Assembly (NCBI GenBank): GCA_951406725.2
Contig: OX597831.1
Coordinates: forward strand, 60,822,001 to 60,886,000
Source of the DNA: Octopus vulgaris
Taxonomy: Eukaryota
DNA length: 64,000 nt
Direction: 5' to 3'
Positions within the stretch are counted from its first letter, which is position 1; every line of letters begins with the position of its first letter. Position numbers and translations under genes: made by a program. Below are positions 38,481 through 51,299 of the stretch, piece by piece. The notes under the pieces were generated by a model, which saw only the letters and a list, made by a program, of their open reading frames with translations, was not told where the DNA came from and made no database searches.

Positions 38481-41400
38481 GGTTGCAAATCTACCTAGGA
38501 AAAAGAAATCTCCGAAATAAAACCTGAGGCCTTGGAAGTTAATGGTTGTGGCAAAGTCTTCTTTGCCCAAGACGTGGGGTAGTGCAGTGTAACCTACACA
38601 CACTGTAGCACAGATACATCAAATCTTGGTAAAATCATCGGCAGGTGTCCCAGTGTATCACAGGCTCAGCCCGGTCGTCATCCTGCCAGTGTGGTCAAAC
38701 TATCTTCAAGATAAAGTAAAAATAAACATCCTTTGAATTTCGGTTGTTGGAATTTGCGCACAATTCTTGATGATAATTTCAACAAGAGGCCAGAAAGGCG
38801 TACTGCACTTATTGCATGTGAGCATAATAAATATTCCCTTGATTTATTTGCACTCTCTGAAAGTCATCACTCGGTGAGGGTCAAGTAGATGAACTTATTT
38901 ATGTATATAGTATCTTTTGGAGAGGCCAACCCAAGAGTCACCTTAGAGAATCTGGTTTTGGGTTTGCTCTCAAGAATACATTAGTATCCTCCATTGCAGA
39001 GCTTCCAAGTGGTATATCTGAACGGATCATGTCATGCCGTATTAAACTGACAAGAGGTAGGTTTCTGTAACTATATTTATGCATCAACAATGTATTTCCC
39101 ATTCTGATGAAACTGTAGGACAGTTTGATGATGATCTAGTGCAATTATTGAAGGAAGTACCAATTTCTGGCAAGATGATCATATTAGGAGATTTCAATGC
39201 AAGTGTTGGAAAGGACTATGTTTCATGGCTTGTTTTAAGGATTTCCCGTTTTCTACTGAGAATAATCTGATGGTCCCCAGCACTCTGTTTAAATAGAAAA
39301 ATAAATATAAAACCACATGGATGCACCCAAGATCTAAGCACTGGCATCTCAGACCATATTCTGATCAGAAAACTTGATATGAAAGACGTTTCTAGCGTTC
39401 GGGCCATGATAGGGGCAGAGAGCTGGACTGACTATCATCTAGTGCGTGGGAAAATAAAGTTTTCAATAATGCCTACAGATCGACAGTCTGGTGCTGTACT
39501 AAGGTACCCAAAAAGTTTAATGTTGCAGTCTTTAAATTATCAAGCAACTTTTAAAGACACCACGATACTATAGAAAGTATCAATCTTGACCCAAACAATC
39601 TATGAGAATTTTTCAAAACAAAATAATTTCAGGCTACAAGTTCGTCAGTGGATTTAAATAACCTAAATCCGGTGACTGGTTCTCAAATAGATCAGCAGAA
39701 ATACATGATCTACTTTTAGAAAAATAATACTTAGGCAATACACTCCTTTCTCAGACCTTGAATCCCAACTCAAACGAAGCTTACAGAAAGCTGAAAGGGA
39801 AAGTGCCGACTGCTCTAAGGAAAATTAATAGGAATGTAGAATAACAGAGCAAAAGGGGGCACAAGAAGCAGCTGATAGAAATGATGCCATTGGTATGTAC
39901 TCTTATGTTAAGGAGGTATATGGCCTAAAATCTACTTCAATAGCTCCAGTGAAAGCAACAAATGGACGTTTGTTTCTGACTGACAACGCTGGGTTGAACA
40001 TTTTTCTGCACTTTTGAATAAACCATTATCCACTGACAAGAGGACGATAGACAAAATCGAGCATCTGCCAGTTATAGAAGATATGACATTTGAACTAACT
40101 CTAAATGACAGTTTATTTAGCTGAGAATGAGCTGAATACCAATAAGTCTCCAGATTTTGATGGAATCTGTGCAGAAGTCTTGAAATATGTGGGTGACAAA
40201 ATGTTTGAACGCTTAAATATATTAATTTCTCACTGTTGGAAAAGTAAGAAAGTGCCTCAAAACTGGAGTGATGCCGTTTTAGTCTCCTTGTATAAATCGG
40301 TACCAAAGCATCTGTCTGATAATTTTCGTGGGATTTCACATTTGTCCATGGTCGGAAAGGCATTTGCCCGCATTTTGTTAGAACGTTTAAATACCTTCAT
40401 AGTTCCAAATATAGTGTCTGAGTCTCAGTGTCGTTTTCGTTCCTCTAGCGGCACATGAGGTTGCATCGTTATTATCAGTCAATTGCAAGAAAGTTCATTG
40501 AACAGAATCTTGCTCTATACCATTGCTTTCTTGATTTGAGCAAAGCATTCGATACTGTTAATCGAAATATTCTGTGGCTAATTCTAAGAAAAATAAGTTA
40601 CGCAGAAAAATTTGTAAACATGATCAGAGCATTGCATCAAGATATGAAAGCTAGAATTTATTTTGTTGGTAGGCTCTCTGAATCCTTTACCGTGGAAAAT
40701 GAAGTATAGCAAGGAGACGTTCATGCACCCACCCTCTTGGCAATATTATTTGCTGCTGTGCTGTGAGATTCTTATCAAAACTCTGAGGACGGTATTTACA
40801 TAAAATATCGAACAAAGCGGAATGTTTTTAATTTGACCGGACTGAAATTCAAAACGAAGGTTTATACTTCACTCATTAGGGAGTTTTTATATGATAACGA
40901 TCTTGTCAGTCATTCTCAAACTGGTCTGCAATCTCTTGTATCTGCATTTGACTCAGCTTGTAATGAGTTTCGCTTGACCAACTTGAAAGCAGTTGTAATG
41001 TATCAACCTACGTTTGTAACCCCGTTTGTAACCCCGCAAAAATTTCGTTATGTGTCTGTTTCTTGCGGTTGTCAATTCGTTTATCTACCTTGGAAGCTCT
41101 GTACAAAATGATGGAAATCTTGATAAAGAAATAGATCTGCGAATTCAAAGGACAGCAAAAGCATTTGGTAGCTTGGAGTTACGCGTTTGGTGCCAGTGAC
41201 ATATAAATAAGAATAGACAGCTGGCTCATTACAAATCATTTGTCTTACCATCCCTGTTGTATTATTGTGAAACATGGACTTGTTTTGAAAAGCATTTTAA
41301 ATTGTTAGCACTATTCAACCAAAAATGCCATCATCGCATTTTTAATATTAAATGGAGTTCTTTTACTCCAGACACAGATGTCCTTGCATCTGCAGGGATC

Positions 41401-41750
41401 ACCTCAATTAAAGCTATGATTTTAAGGAACCAAATGAGATTTGTGGCCATATTGTTTGAACGGTGTATGAACCCATGCTGAAACAGCTGTTTCATGGTGA
41501 GCTTACAGAGGGAAACGCTATCGGCGTAAAGCTAAAAATAAGTCTAAGGACGGTATAAAGATTACTATGAAGTCACTTTGAATGGATTCAGAAGACATAC
41601 AAACCTTTGCTTCAGATTGATTTGGATGGTGAACAACTGTGCGGAGTGGAGTGAACGCATTTGAAGAGGCCAGGATAATGCATGTAAGACTGACTCAAAA
41701 GAGATCCTATGAGGAATGTTATGATCGAGAATCTGAATGACAATGAGCTT

Positions 41751-42060
41751 TTTGTGTGCACAGTTTGTGAGAGACCATACCTTTCTTTTGCTGGGCTCAA
41801 ATCCCATTTGTGAACCCATGCAAAACGAAACTCCACCGACTATTCTGCCTCTATGTCTGTGCATACCTTTGAATGCAGTGTATGCCATAAGGTTTGCAAA
41901 TCCAACGGAAACCTCGAAAGACATTTTAAGATCCACAAAGATCAGAACGGATATGCAGCTCTTGAAGTCCAAATCGGATGTGCAATCTCTGTGGGTGTAT
42001 TTTCAGAACATAGTCTGATTTAAAAGCCACATCAGATGCCATGATGGTTCTAAGGTGTAG
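41751..42060 (+). pseudogene. Three C2H2 zinc fingers at the RTE ORF C-terminus
   Basis: FVCTVCERPYLSFAGLKSHL*TH; FECSVCHKVCKSNGNLERHFKIH; [19 protein letters not shown] (frameshifts). Confidence 0.85.
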
Positions 42061-42104
42061 GTAGAGGAGGTGATCACACTCTGCATAAGAAATAGACAGC
42101 CACC

Positions 42105-42153
42105 ATATATATGTATGCATATAAATTCATGCACACACACACACACACATATA

Positions 42154-42219
<66 letters not shown>

Positions 42220-42247
42220 GTATATATATATATGTATATATATATAC

Positions 42248-42293
<46 letters not shown>

Positions 42294-42320
42294 GTATATA
42301 TATATATATATATATACATG

Positions 42321-42361
<41 letters not shown>

Positions 42362-42368
42362 GTATATA

Positions 42369-42440
<72 letters not shown>
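42105..42440. repeat. Long compound (CA)n/(TA)n microsatellite
   Basis: Directly visible. Confidence 0.98.
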
Positions 42441-42447
<7 letters not shown>

Positions 42448-42489
42448 AATAAATAAAACATGCATATATACATACATATATGTACGTAC

Positions 42490-42930
42490 CTACCTCTACA
42501 TGTATATATACATGCATATATGGGTACAGGACACCAAATAAACGTCGAACACAATGAGAAACGAAAACATAAACACAAAACGAAGGAAATGGACCATTTC
42601 TTAAACAACGAAAAAATAGAGTACAGGACATACAAAACAAGGAAAATTCCCCTTCTTCAGTCGCCTTAGATTCATCTACTCCACGTTTCGACGGTCAAGG
42701 CGATACGTGACTTCCATGAAAATTTCCTTTCCGCGAAAATCAAATTAAATAAAATTTGAGATTTTTTGCAGAGGGATAAAAATGGTAACAAAAACAGGAC
42801 AGTAACGACAGTACAAAATATAAACAGTAAAGGACAGGACACGGAGAATAACAGTAACACAAACAAGAAGGGCTGTTAAGCCAAACGAGATAAAAAATGT
42901 TTACGAACGCTATTATTTGAGACGGCAAAT
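42490..42930 (-). mobile_element. (TA)n-embedded non-coding element, probable PLE terminal repeat
   Basis: Bounded by TA tracts, internal gtacaggaca direct repeat, contains all hammerhead core strands. Confidence 0.5.
42640..42712 (-). ncRNA. Candidate non-circularly permuted hammerhead ribozyme
   Basis: cacg-UA-ucgccuu / ga-ccguc-GAAA-cgug / linker / aaggcga-CUGAAGA-agggg. Stem I (7 bp) and stem III (5 bp) pair perfectly; stem II is weak. Confidence 0.5.
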
Positions 42931-43008
42931 ATATATACGTATGTATTTTGATGTTTGTGTATATTCATGAAGTAACATGTAAAATCTCTATAATAGCTTC
43001 ATCTCTTT

Positions 43009-43192
43009 TAGCCATTAAATGATGTGATATTTTGAATGACTACTTGAAGATAAGCACAGCTTGAAAATCGCTAAGATGGTGAAAGTGGGCGTTCAGACAG
43101 ACAAGTCCCTCTGGCAGAAACACAGCACGCGCGCGCACGTTTCGGTCCGTCTTTCTGTCTGTATGCATGTATATATCTCGATATTAGAAATA
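43009..43192 (+). repeat. 184-bp direct repeat, copy 1
   Basis: tagccattaaatg..gatattagaaata, repeated at 45278-45461 with few substitutions. Confidence 0.95.
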
Positions 43193-43419
43193 GGTGTTAC
43201 GTTGTTATATTTCGATATACCAGCTTTAGTGAATGAATCAGTAGTCCTCGAGAGATTCTCAAACTAGTCGCTGAACTTATTTAAAAATTGCAGGCAAATA
43301 TAGCCTTAAATGTTACACTACTTTAGAATAATTTAGACATGCCATTCTATAATATAAGTATAGAGACGTGCAATCGTTGTACTCTAGGTTTATATTATAA
43401 AAGTTACTCAGAAAACAAC

Positions 43420-43832
43420 CCGTCCCGGAAGAGGTGTGTATAGAACTAACACTTTCGAAGGGGAGGTCCTGAAAGTCGTTGATATGTTCATATACCTCAG
43501 CAGCACAACATCCAGATCAGTGGACCTGGACGATGAAGTCGGAATATTCAGCGCACCAAGTCACGCTTAGCATACGGAAGGCTACGTTAATCAGTGTTAT
43601 AGGATAGGATTTAGGATGGTCGCCAAGTTGAACGTTTACCAAGCAGATGTACTGCCTACGCTATGGTACGCCTCGGAAACTTGGATGGTTTACAAAGGTC
43701 ATCCCAAATTGCTAAACTGCTTCAACCTTAACATCTTCTAAAATCACCTAGCACAACAAGGTCTCACCGTTCCCTGGACTATTCTCCGATGGAAATCCTT
43801 CACCATCGCCGACAACGACGGACGAACTAATA
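43420..43832 (+). mobile_element. RTE LINE 3' fragment
   Basis: VVDMFIYLSST..DDEV, KLNVYQADVLPTLWYASETW; 3' end catcgccgacaacgacggacgaac. Confidence 0.8.
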
Positions 43833-44859
43833 AATTTATACAAAAATGTATAAATATATAAGACCTATAAAGGAACTGCTGTAATACTTTTGATCAAAAT
43901 TAGGTGAATCATGAATGCCCCCATGTATAAAATTAATAATACCATATATATATATATATTCAGTATAATTAGACATCTCTGGAGGATTTTGCTTTTGACA
44001 TCGAACATTGATTTCCAATATTCAATATATTGTCATTTGTCTTTTGTACTGATAATGAAACATCTTCATCGATAATGTTTTTGAAATTTCAAAATAACAT
44101 CAGTTACACTAGTATGACTTTAACCACTTAACGTTCCCGGGGGGTTTGCTTTCAATAAAATATCCAATTCCTTTATGAAGAAAGTTTCAGTAGAACGCTT
44201 CCATTGTGTTCTATCGTCTTAATCAGAAGATGTCACCAAAAGCTAGACTGAAGAGTGAAAAGAATCCTAATCTAAACTTTAATGAATTTATTTGCCCTTT
44301 ACCATATTTATGTCCTACAAAATACTGTCTATGAGATATTTACTTGTACAGAATCGATTTACTATTAAACATATATAAATCGTCAGTCTGTGCAAATCAG
44401 GTTACATTTCATTGGTTGCTTTCACTAAAATGACCGGATATTAAATATTTGCTTTCTTTATAGAAGTTCAGTCGATACTCATCAATATGGTAGACGCGGG
44501 TATCATCTTGCGAATTTTGAAAAACTTCTTGACAGACAGAATTTAAATAATTTTAGAATAGTTTAGGTAACTTGTGAAGGCTAATATTTATTTACCTACT
44601 TACAGGTTACTGTAGATATGGGTATATATACAGTAGGTACGTGTGTGCAGGTATATATACAAGCATATAAGCATATATGAGAATCTTCTTACTAGTGCAT
44701 ATGAAGGAGTACAAACGTATGCATAAACACATACGGACGTACACAAACACATAAGGAGAGACAAATAGATTGGTTGATAATTTTATAAATACATGCACAT
44801 ATATTTATATATACACACATATATAAATGTATATATGTGTGTATATATATATATTTAAG

Positions 44860-44892
<33 letters not shown>

Positions 44893-45277
44893 ATGTGCAT
44901 ATATATATATACATATATATACATGTATGTATGCATACATATATATATATATATATATACATACATATAAGTAGGTAGGTAGTTGAATAAGTAAATAGTC
45001 AGATACATGGATACGCTATTTTATTTATAGCTTTTAGTGGATTTACTCATAACATCGAGGCGACTCTGTAGTACTTGAAGAAGTATGGCCGCATGAATAC
45101 AAACCATTACTTCTTATAAACCCGATGCGTATGTTCTCTGATGTTTTTCCGAACCGGGAATTTGCGTGGACGTAAACAACATGGATTGTCAAACAGTGGT
45201 GGGGAAAAAGCACAGACACAATGTCACCCTCTCTCTCTCTCGCTTTCTCTCTCTTTCGCACACAAACATTGTATATA

Positions 45278-45461
45278 TAGCCATTAAATGATGTGATATT
45301 TTGAATGACTACTTGAAGATAAGCACAGCTTGAAAATCGCTAAGATGGAGAAAGTGGGCGTTCAGATAGACAAGTTCCTCTGGCAGAAACACAGCACGCG
45401 CGCGTGCGTTTAGGTCCGTCTATCTGTGTGTATGCATGTATATATCTCGATATTAGAAATA
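45278..45461 (+). repeat. 184-bp direct repeat, copy 2
   Basis: See 43009-43192. Confidence 0.95.
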
Positions 45462-45499
45462 TATATATACGATAATTTTATGAAAAGTCTTGAGCCTCA

Positions 45500-46975
45500 A
45501 AAAAGAAACATTCTACAGATCCTTTTTGTTAGATTGAATGGGATTTTGGCGTGTTTAGGATGGCATAAACTGAAAATCAGATACTGTTTTGATTCTATTG
45601 GTTTGTAGGAAACGTCGGTTGCAATTTGGTTGTTGGACATTTTGATTTTTAAAATGTCCAGAAATGGAAGCTGTTCCTTGCTGTATTCTATTGTAAATTG
45701 GATTTTGGGGATTATATTGTTCAATGTGGATTTGAAATCCAGGAGTTTATCATAGGGTTCGTTCCAGATGATAAAATAATCGTCTATGTACCTTTTCCAG
45801 TTTTCTCTTCTATACTGGTGGAATGAGGTGCCAAATTTTTGATGTAAAAGTTCATATAAGGTAGATTCAAAGAAACCCATTATTAGGTTCGAAAGGATAA
45901 GCGCAGCTTTCGTTCCCATCGTAATACCACATTTTTGGCGGTACTATGTTTTATCGAATAAGAAGTAACTCTTTTATAGGATGGACGTCAGTGATTCAAT
46001 GACAAAAGTCTGGTTTATGCGGTCCGAGAGAACGTCGAGGTATTTTTTTAACCAGAATTTTATTGCCTCTATTCCTTAGTCATGTGGAAGTTTAGTGTAG
46101 AGGTTGATGACATTGAAGGAGACTAATAAAGCTTCTTCGTTGGTGGTTTTTGGTAGATGCTCTAGCATGTCCAGATCGTCTCTAATGAAACTTTTAATGT
46201 ATCTGAGGAAAGGTTTCAATAGTATGTCCAGAAAGTGGCTTAGGTGGTGTATTTCACAGGCTGAGCCAGCAATAATAGGTCTTAATTTTATGTCTTCTGG
46301 TGTTGGGATATTTATATGTGGGCCTGGATTTGATTTGCAGGCATAAGTAATTATTTGACTCTTGTGGATTTTGGGGATGCCATAGAAAAGTCTTGGTTTG
46401 CATTTGAAATTTGTGATGTAGACTTTTTAGATTTTCTGTTAGGCCTTTTCCCTGTTTGAATATTAAAGTTGCAAGATTTTAAAAGTATTTTGCTGTGTAT
46501 AATTTGCAAAAAAGGAGTAATTTTCTTGTATGAACAATGCTAGGTTTTTATAGTATTCTGTGTCCGTCACTATTACAACACTACCTTTGTCTGCTTCTTT
46601 GATTGTCAGGTCTGCCGCTTTTTAGCTGTGGTAGGTTTATCCATTGTATGTTGTTGAAGTTACGTACAATGTTTGCATGATAGTGTAAGGAAAATTCTGG
46701 ATACAGTTGCAGAAGTCGTCTAGTGTTTTATTCCTTCCTTTGGGTGGTAGATAATTACTTTTGTTTCTCACTAGTGATTCGCAATCATTGTTGTAGTTGG
46801 TTAGTGCTTCTGTCAATCGATGTTATCAACATAATTCTGCAATATTATCTTTAATTTCATTGGCGTTGGGTCTACGTGGAGCGGGTGTAAATTTTAAACA
46901 TTTAGCTAAAATATGGATTTTTGTTGTGGAGAAAGTTTTCTTATATAAATTGATTATTTTGGGTTTCTCCCGTAA
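45500..46975 (-). mobile_element. Neptune-type PLE RT (decayed)
   Basis: IKEADKGSVV, FYGIPKIHKS, RPIIAG, LVSFNVINLYTKLP, MGTKAA, WKRYIDD, LPFLDI, SLCHPKH. Confidence 0.88.
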
Positions 46976-46984
46976 GATATGTTC

Positions 46985-48090
46985 CATCAACCAAATTGCA
47001 ACCGACGTTTACTATAAAGCAACATACTCAAAAGAGTATCTCCTTTTCAGTTTATGCTATCCAAAACACACCAAAATAAATATCCCATTCATTCTAGCAA
47101 AGTTCAATTGTATCTGACACAACCACTCGGGAACTTCGCCAACAAGAACTCAAAATAACACTCATTGAACGTCAATACCCACCTACACTTATAGAACATG
47201 GAATTAAACGTGCCAAGAAATTGGGCAAAAACATATCGAGGACAACAAAACAAAACACCACACCTCACCTTAAATCACTCCCATACATATCAACCAAGAA
47301 CCCCAGAAACAACGAAGCATACAGCACAATTATACAAAATCTCCCTCTGCACACTCAAGACCCGAAAATGAACAGCATCCTAAATGCACACAAACTACTA
47401 AAATGCAAATCAAAAGACAAATCCCTCAAGAGACTCATAACAAAACTATGCTCGATACATACGATACCAACAGTTAAAAATTCAGACGACCTAATTGTGG
47501 TACATGCCCATACCTAATTGAAGGCTCGGAATTCACATTCCACCAAGGACGGAAATTTTCAATTGAGACCAACTTCACATGTGCTTCCCAGAACCTTATC
47601 TATGTCCTAACCTGCTCAGGTTGTGGTCACAATTATGTGGTCCAAACGAGCCTTACTTTGGGACGCAGAGTCACGCTGTATAAAGAACAGATTAGCTTCC
47701 CTGAATACAGGTAGATAGCACTGAGCGGACATATCGACACAAGCGCAATTAATAAAACGCCGAATTTTCATATCTTCCCATTGCACCAAAACAAAAGTTC
47801 GATCTCAGTACAAGAACGTCTAAACAAGGAAAACCTATTCATACAAAACTACAGACAACACCTCAATATACAAGCTTCACCATTTTCAAAATTATACAAA
47901 GGAGCCAGTTGCCCCCCTTGCCACCCGTTGCTTCCCCTGGTTCACTCTTTAGAGTGATTCTTATTTTTTAAACATCAAAACTGACGAGACCTCTCTGTCA
48001 CGAGAATTGATTACAGTACAATGCCACATGAAAAGCTAATTTAAATAGCGAAAACCGGTTGGATTTCACGACATCCACGTAATATATATA
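46985..48090 (+). mobile_element. Inverted PLE 3' part: RT end, Zn linker, GIY-YIG, 3' UTR
   Basis: NQIATDVYYK (inverted copy of 45520-45633), CGTCPYL..FTCASQNLIYVLTCSGCGHNYVVQT, QERLNKENLFI. Confidence 0.88.
47975..48065 (+). ncRNA. Two tandem degenerate minimal hammerheads
   Basis: CUGACGA-gac-ctctct-gtc-acgaga, and atgaaaa-gcta-atttaaa-tagc-GAAA-accggt. Confidence 0.45.
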
Positions 48091-48439
48091 TATTTATAAA
48101 ATGATATTAATCTATATTAAACGAAGGCATTTCTCTTCCACTTAAAAAAAAATCCACTTTTTTTCAACTCATAATTCTGTCACGTGATGTATACTGATTC
48201 TTCAGTATATTTGCTCCTTGTATATTTTTATATTCCTACAAGATATATACACATATAAGAGGGATTACCTGTAAGTCATCATCCATTTTGCTAGAAGATC
48301 CGCTATGGTCTTTCCACTAAGAAAGGAGTGTTCTCAAGAAAATTTAGCAAACACCAGAACGTAAGCGAGCAAGGCACCTATATGTGTGTCTGTGTGTGTG
48401 TAGATGTATGTATGTATGTATGTATGTATATATATATAA

Positions 48440-48590
48440 AATCGATGGGCTTCCTCTGTTTTCCGCGTACCAAATCCACTAACAAGGCTTCGGTCGGTCT
48501 GAGTCTATAGAAGAAATACTCGGCCAAGTTGCCTCACAGTTGGACCAAACCCAGAACCATGTGGCTGGAACGCAAACTGGTTACCATATC
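48440..48590 (-). mobile_element. CORE-SINE 5' part
   Basis: taccaaatccactaacaaggcttcggtcgg..cagaaccatgtgg. Confidence 0.7.
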
Positions 48591-48781
48591 AATATATATG
48601 TGTGTGCGTGTGTGGGCCCGTGTGTTTGTGTGCGTGTGTATGTATATATATATGAATATCCATGATAACGATCGCATTACTTGTCTAATATCACCACCAG
48701 AAGGATGACAGTGAAAATGAAGACATGGGTTCGGAGAAGAAAAGATAGCCAAGCACTTTACCGTTGCTGTATCGATGGTGG

Positions 48782-48845
<64 letters not shown>

Positions 48846-48938
48846 TCTAGAGAGAGTGAGATAAAAAAATAGATACATATATAAACATATATATATATAT
48901 ATATATAAATATATATATACATATATATATACATATAG

Positions 48939-49025
<87 letters not shown>

Positions 49026-49491
49026 GAGTGAGAGGGAGAGAAAGAGAAATGGTAAGTAAATGGTAGATAAATGAATGGATTGAACACACAGACAACCATT
49101 TTCTGACATTTATATAACAGATTCTGTATCTCTGTATGTGTGTCTATGTGTTTATTTATGTGTGTGCCTGTCTGTTATATGGTGCTCCATCAAGGACCTA
49201 CTGCTGATGTCTTAATCAAACAAATGAAGCTGCTAAAGTAAAACAAACACATCAATGTATGTGTGCATATATAATTAAATGTACGTATATCAATATGCAG
49301 AAACACACGTATATACGTATATTCAATAAAGGATAGTCGGAGTAACTTTACCTTAAAGTATATTCGCTTTATTAATACCGGGTGGATTAATCATTAAGTA
49401 AATATATTTTACCAAATCACACTTTCTCATGCTCTGTAGGAATCAGTGTTTGGTACCAAAACGTTATTATGTTTGGCATTTGAACCTAAAT

Positions 49492-49523
<32 letters not shown>

Positions 49524-50287
49524 CGCTTAAATATTGCCCTGTATATGTCCTAAGTGTTTGCGAAAATATCTTAAGTAAACATAATGATGAAGCTACTTTA
49601 GTTTAACAATGTTGGATTTGTGTTTTCAATATACTGTGTTGTTTTAGCTGAGTGTCTACTGACAATTTGTGCAACAGTTCTCGAATAATTTTAGAAGTAA
49701 TTAAACTAAATTGAATTGGAATATTGCTGTTTCTATAATAAGAGATTTATTTCAGAAAGTTGTATAGAGACTGTGTTAAACTAAAGTAGTCAAAGCGTAG
49801 ACCAATAAAATTTAATATTATCTGGACGCTTTGATAGTTTCAAATAGAAAATATTTATAATTTTTAGATTACATATAGAAGTCTGTGGTCTTGGTTTGAC
49901 TGTCATTTGTATATTTTACATTGATATTTCGGAGCAGTACAATTTGCACCTAGGTCGACCTTGCTTTGGGGATGGTTTAAATAAGTACCAATTGAACACT
50001 AGGGTCGATGTATTGGGGTTATCCCCTCTTCGAAATTGCTGGCCTTGTGCAAAAAGTTTAAACCAATATCACGGAACATTATCAGATGTGGCGAAACGTT
50101 ATCGTGTGTTAAATGGTGCTGTAGATATGTATATTAGGTATAGTAGTACTGCTTCATGGTTCAACCTATTCTTCCGATAAATAAAAAACTGTTGAATTAC
50201 CAAGCTCACTACTTTATATACAGAGTTTGTTGTTTTATGAAACCTATTAATGTGAATCAGCTGCAAATTTCAACTGCCAGTACACTA

Positions 50288-50633
50288 ATTATGCTTCCAT
50301 TGGGAAGCACTCCGTCGGTTACGACGATGAGGGTTCCGGTTGATCCGAATCAACGGAACAGCCTGCTCGTGAAATTAACGTGTAAGTGGCTGAGCACTCC
50401 ACAGACACGTGCACCCTTAACGTAGTTCTCGGGGATATTCAGCGTGACACAGAGAGTGACAAGGTACAACAGAAACAGAAAGAGTACAGCAGGGATCACC
50501 ACCATCCCCTGCCGGAGCCTCGTGGAGCTTTTGGTGTTTTCGCTCAATAAACACTCACCACGCCCGGTCTGGGAATCGAAACCGCGAACCTATGACCGCG
50601 AGTCCGTTGCCCTAGCCACTGGGCCATTGCGCC
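50288..50633 (-). mobile_element. tRNA-derived SINE (family C), full-length
   Basis: Head ggcgcaaTGGCCCAGTGG..GGTTTCGATTCC (A and B boxes) followed by a non-tRNA body of about 270 bp. Confidence 0.85.
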
Positions 50634-51299
50634 TCTATGCTTCTATCATATTCACTCATATGTTATCTTGTTACAAAGAAAGCAATTTAAGGAAATATAT
50701 TATTCTATGTTTTCTTATTCTGTTTCTGTCACCCCGTCTTCTCTTTCATATTTACGTCTTATATAATTGCATGGGTGGACGTGGAATTGTTACTTCTAAT
50801 GAAAGTACGCCTGTATAAAACCTTTTTAACGCCAATAATACAATTAATTTGTTGGATGTCACGTTATACAGGGCGGCACAAGATAAAGTAACCGGCTTCA
50901 GTACCAGAGTGTAAATAACGATATAAATTTTCACACACGAAAAAGCACCCAGCCTTTCGTTAGTTATTTCCACCGCTTGTAAGTGCTGAAAAATGATGCC
51001 ACACTACACGACCGTTTACCATGTTATCCTCACTGCTCCTCACCAAATTAGTTGATTGTAAGACTGCATTCAGAGATCATCTCTAGCCTTTTCTGCAAGA
51101 TGACGAAGTCATTATCGGAAAGTGTGGAAATTGTAGAAGCAAAATTGAGAACGGTGTTTTGGGGCATTGTCCCAATAGACAGTCCAGCATTTGCATCCGT
51201 GTTCATATCCGTGTTTATATTTCGTTATTATTGTTCTTTGCTCTTCAGTTAATATTATGCAGTTATGCCATCCTTCAATATTGTCATGCTTTTTGTGCC

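Larger units (their letters stand above)
38308..42104 (+). mobile_element. Near full-length decayed RTE LINE (APE-RT-C2H2)
   Basis: FGCWNLRT..RPERRTALIA..ALSES, ILGDFNASVG, TWMHPRSKHWH, TDYHLV, NFRGIS, FLDLSKAFDTVNR, Q(G)DVHAPTL, CETW; many stops and frameshifts; 3' end runs into (AT)n. Confidence 0.92.

Noticed and set aside
42003-42640. Long ORFs rich in YI/IY (also poly-I, poly-L, poly-Y and poly-N ORFs elsewhere)
   Set aside because: They are translations of (TA)n, (ATT)n and (GATA)n microsatellites that lack stops.
43009-45461. LTR retrotransposon bounded by 184-bp LTRs
   Set aside because: No TG..CA ends, PBS, PPT, TSD or gag/pol; the interior is an RTE fragment and unrelated DNA.
50560-50633. 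tRNA gene
   Set aside because: A and B boxes are present but the acceptor stem is poor and it continues into a SINE body.
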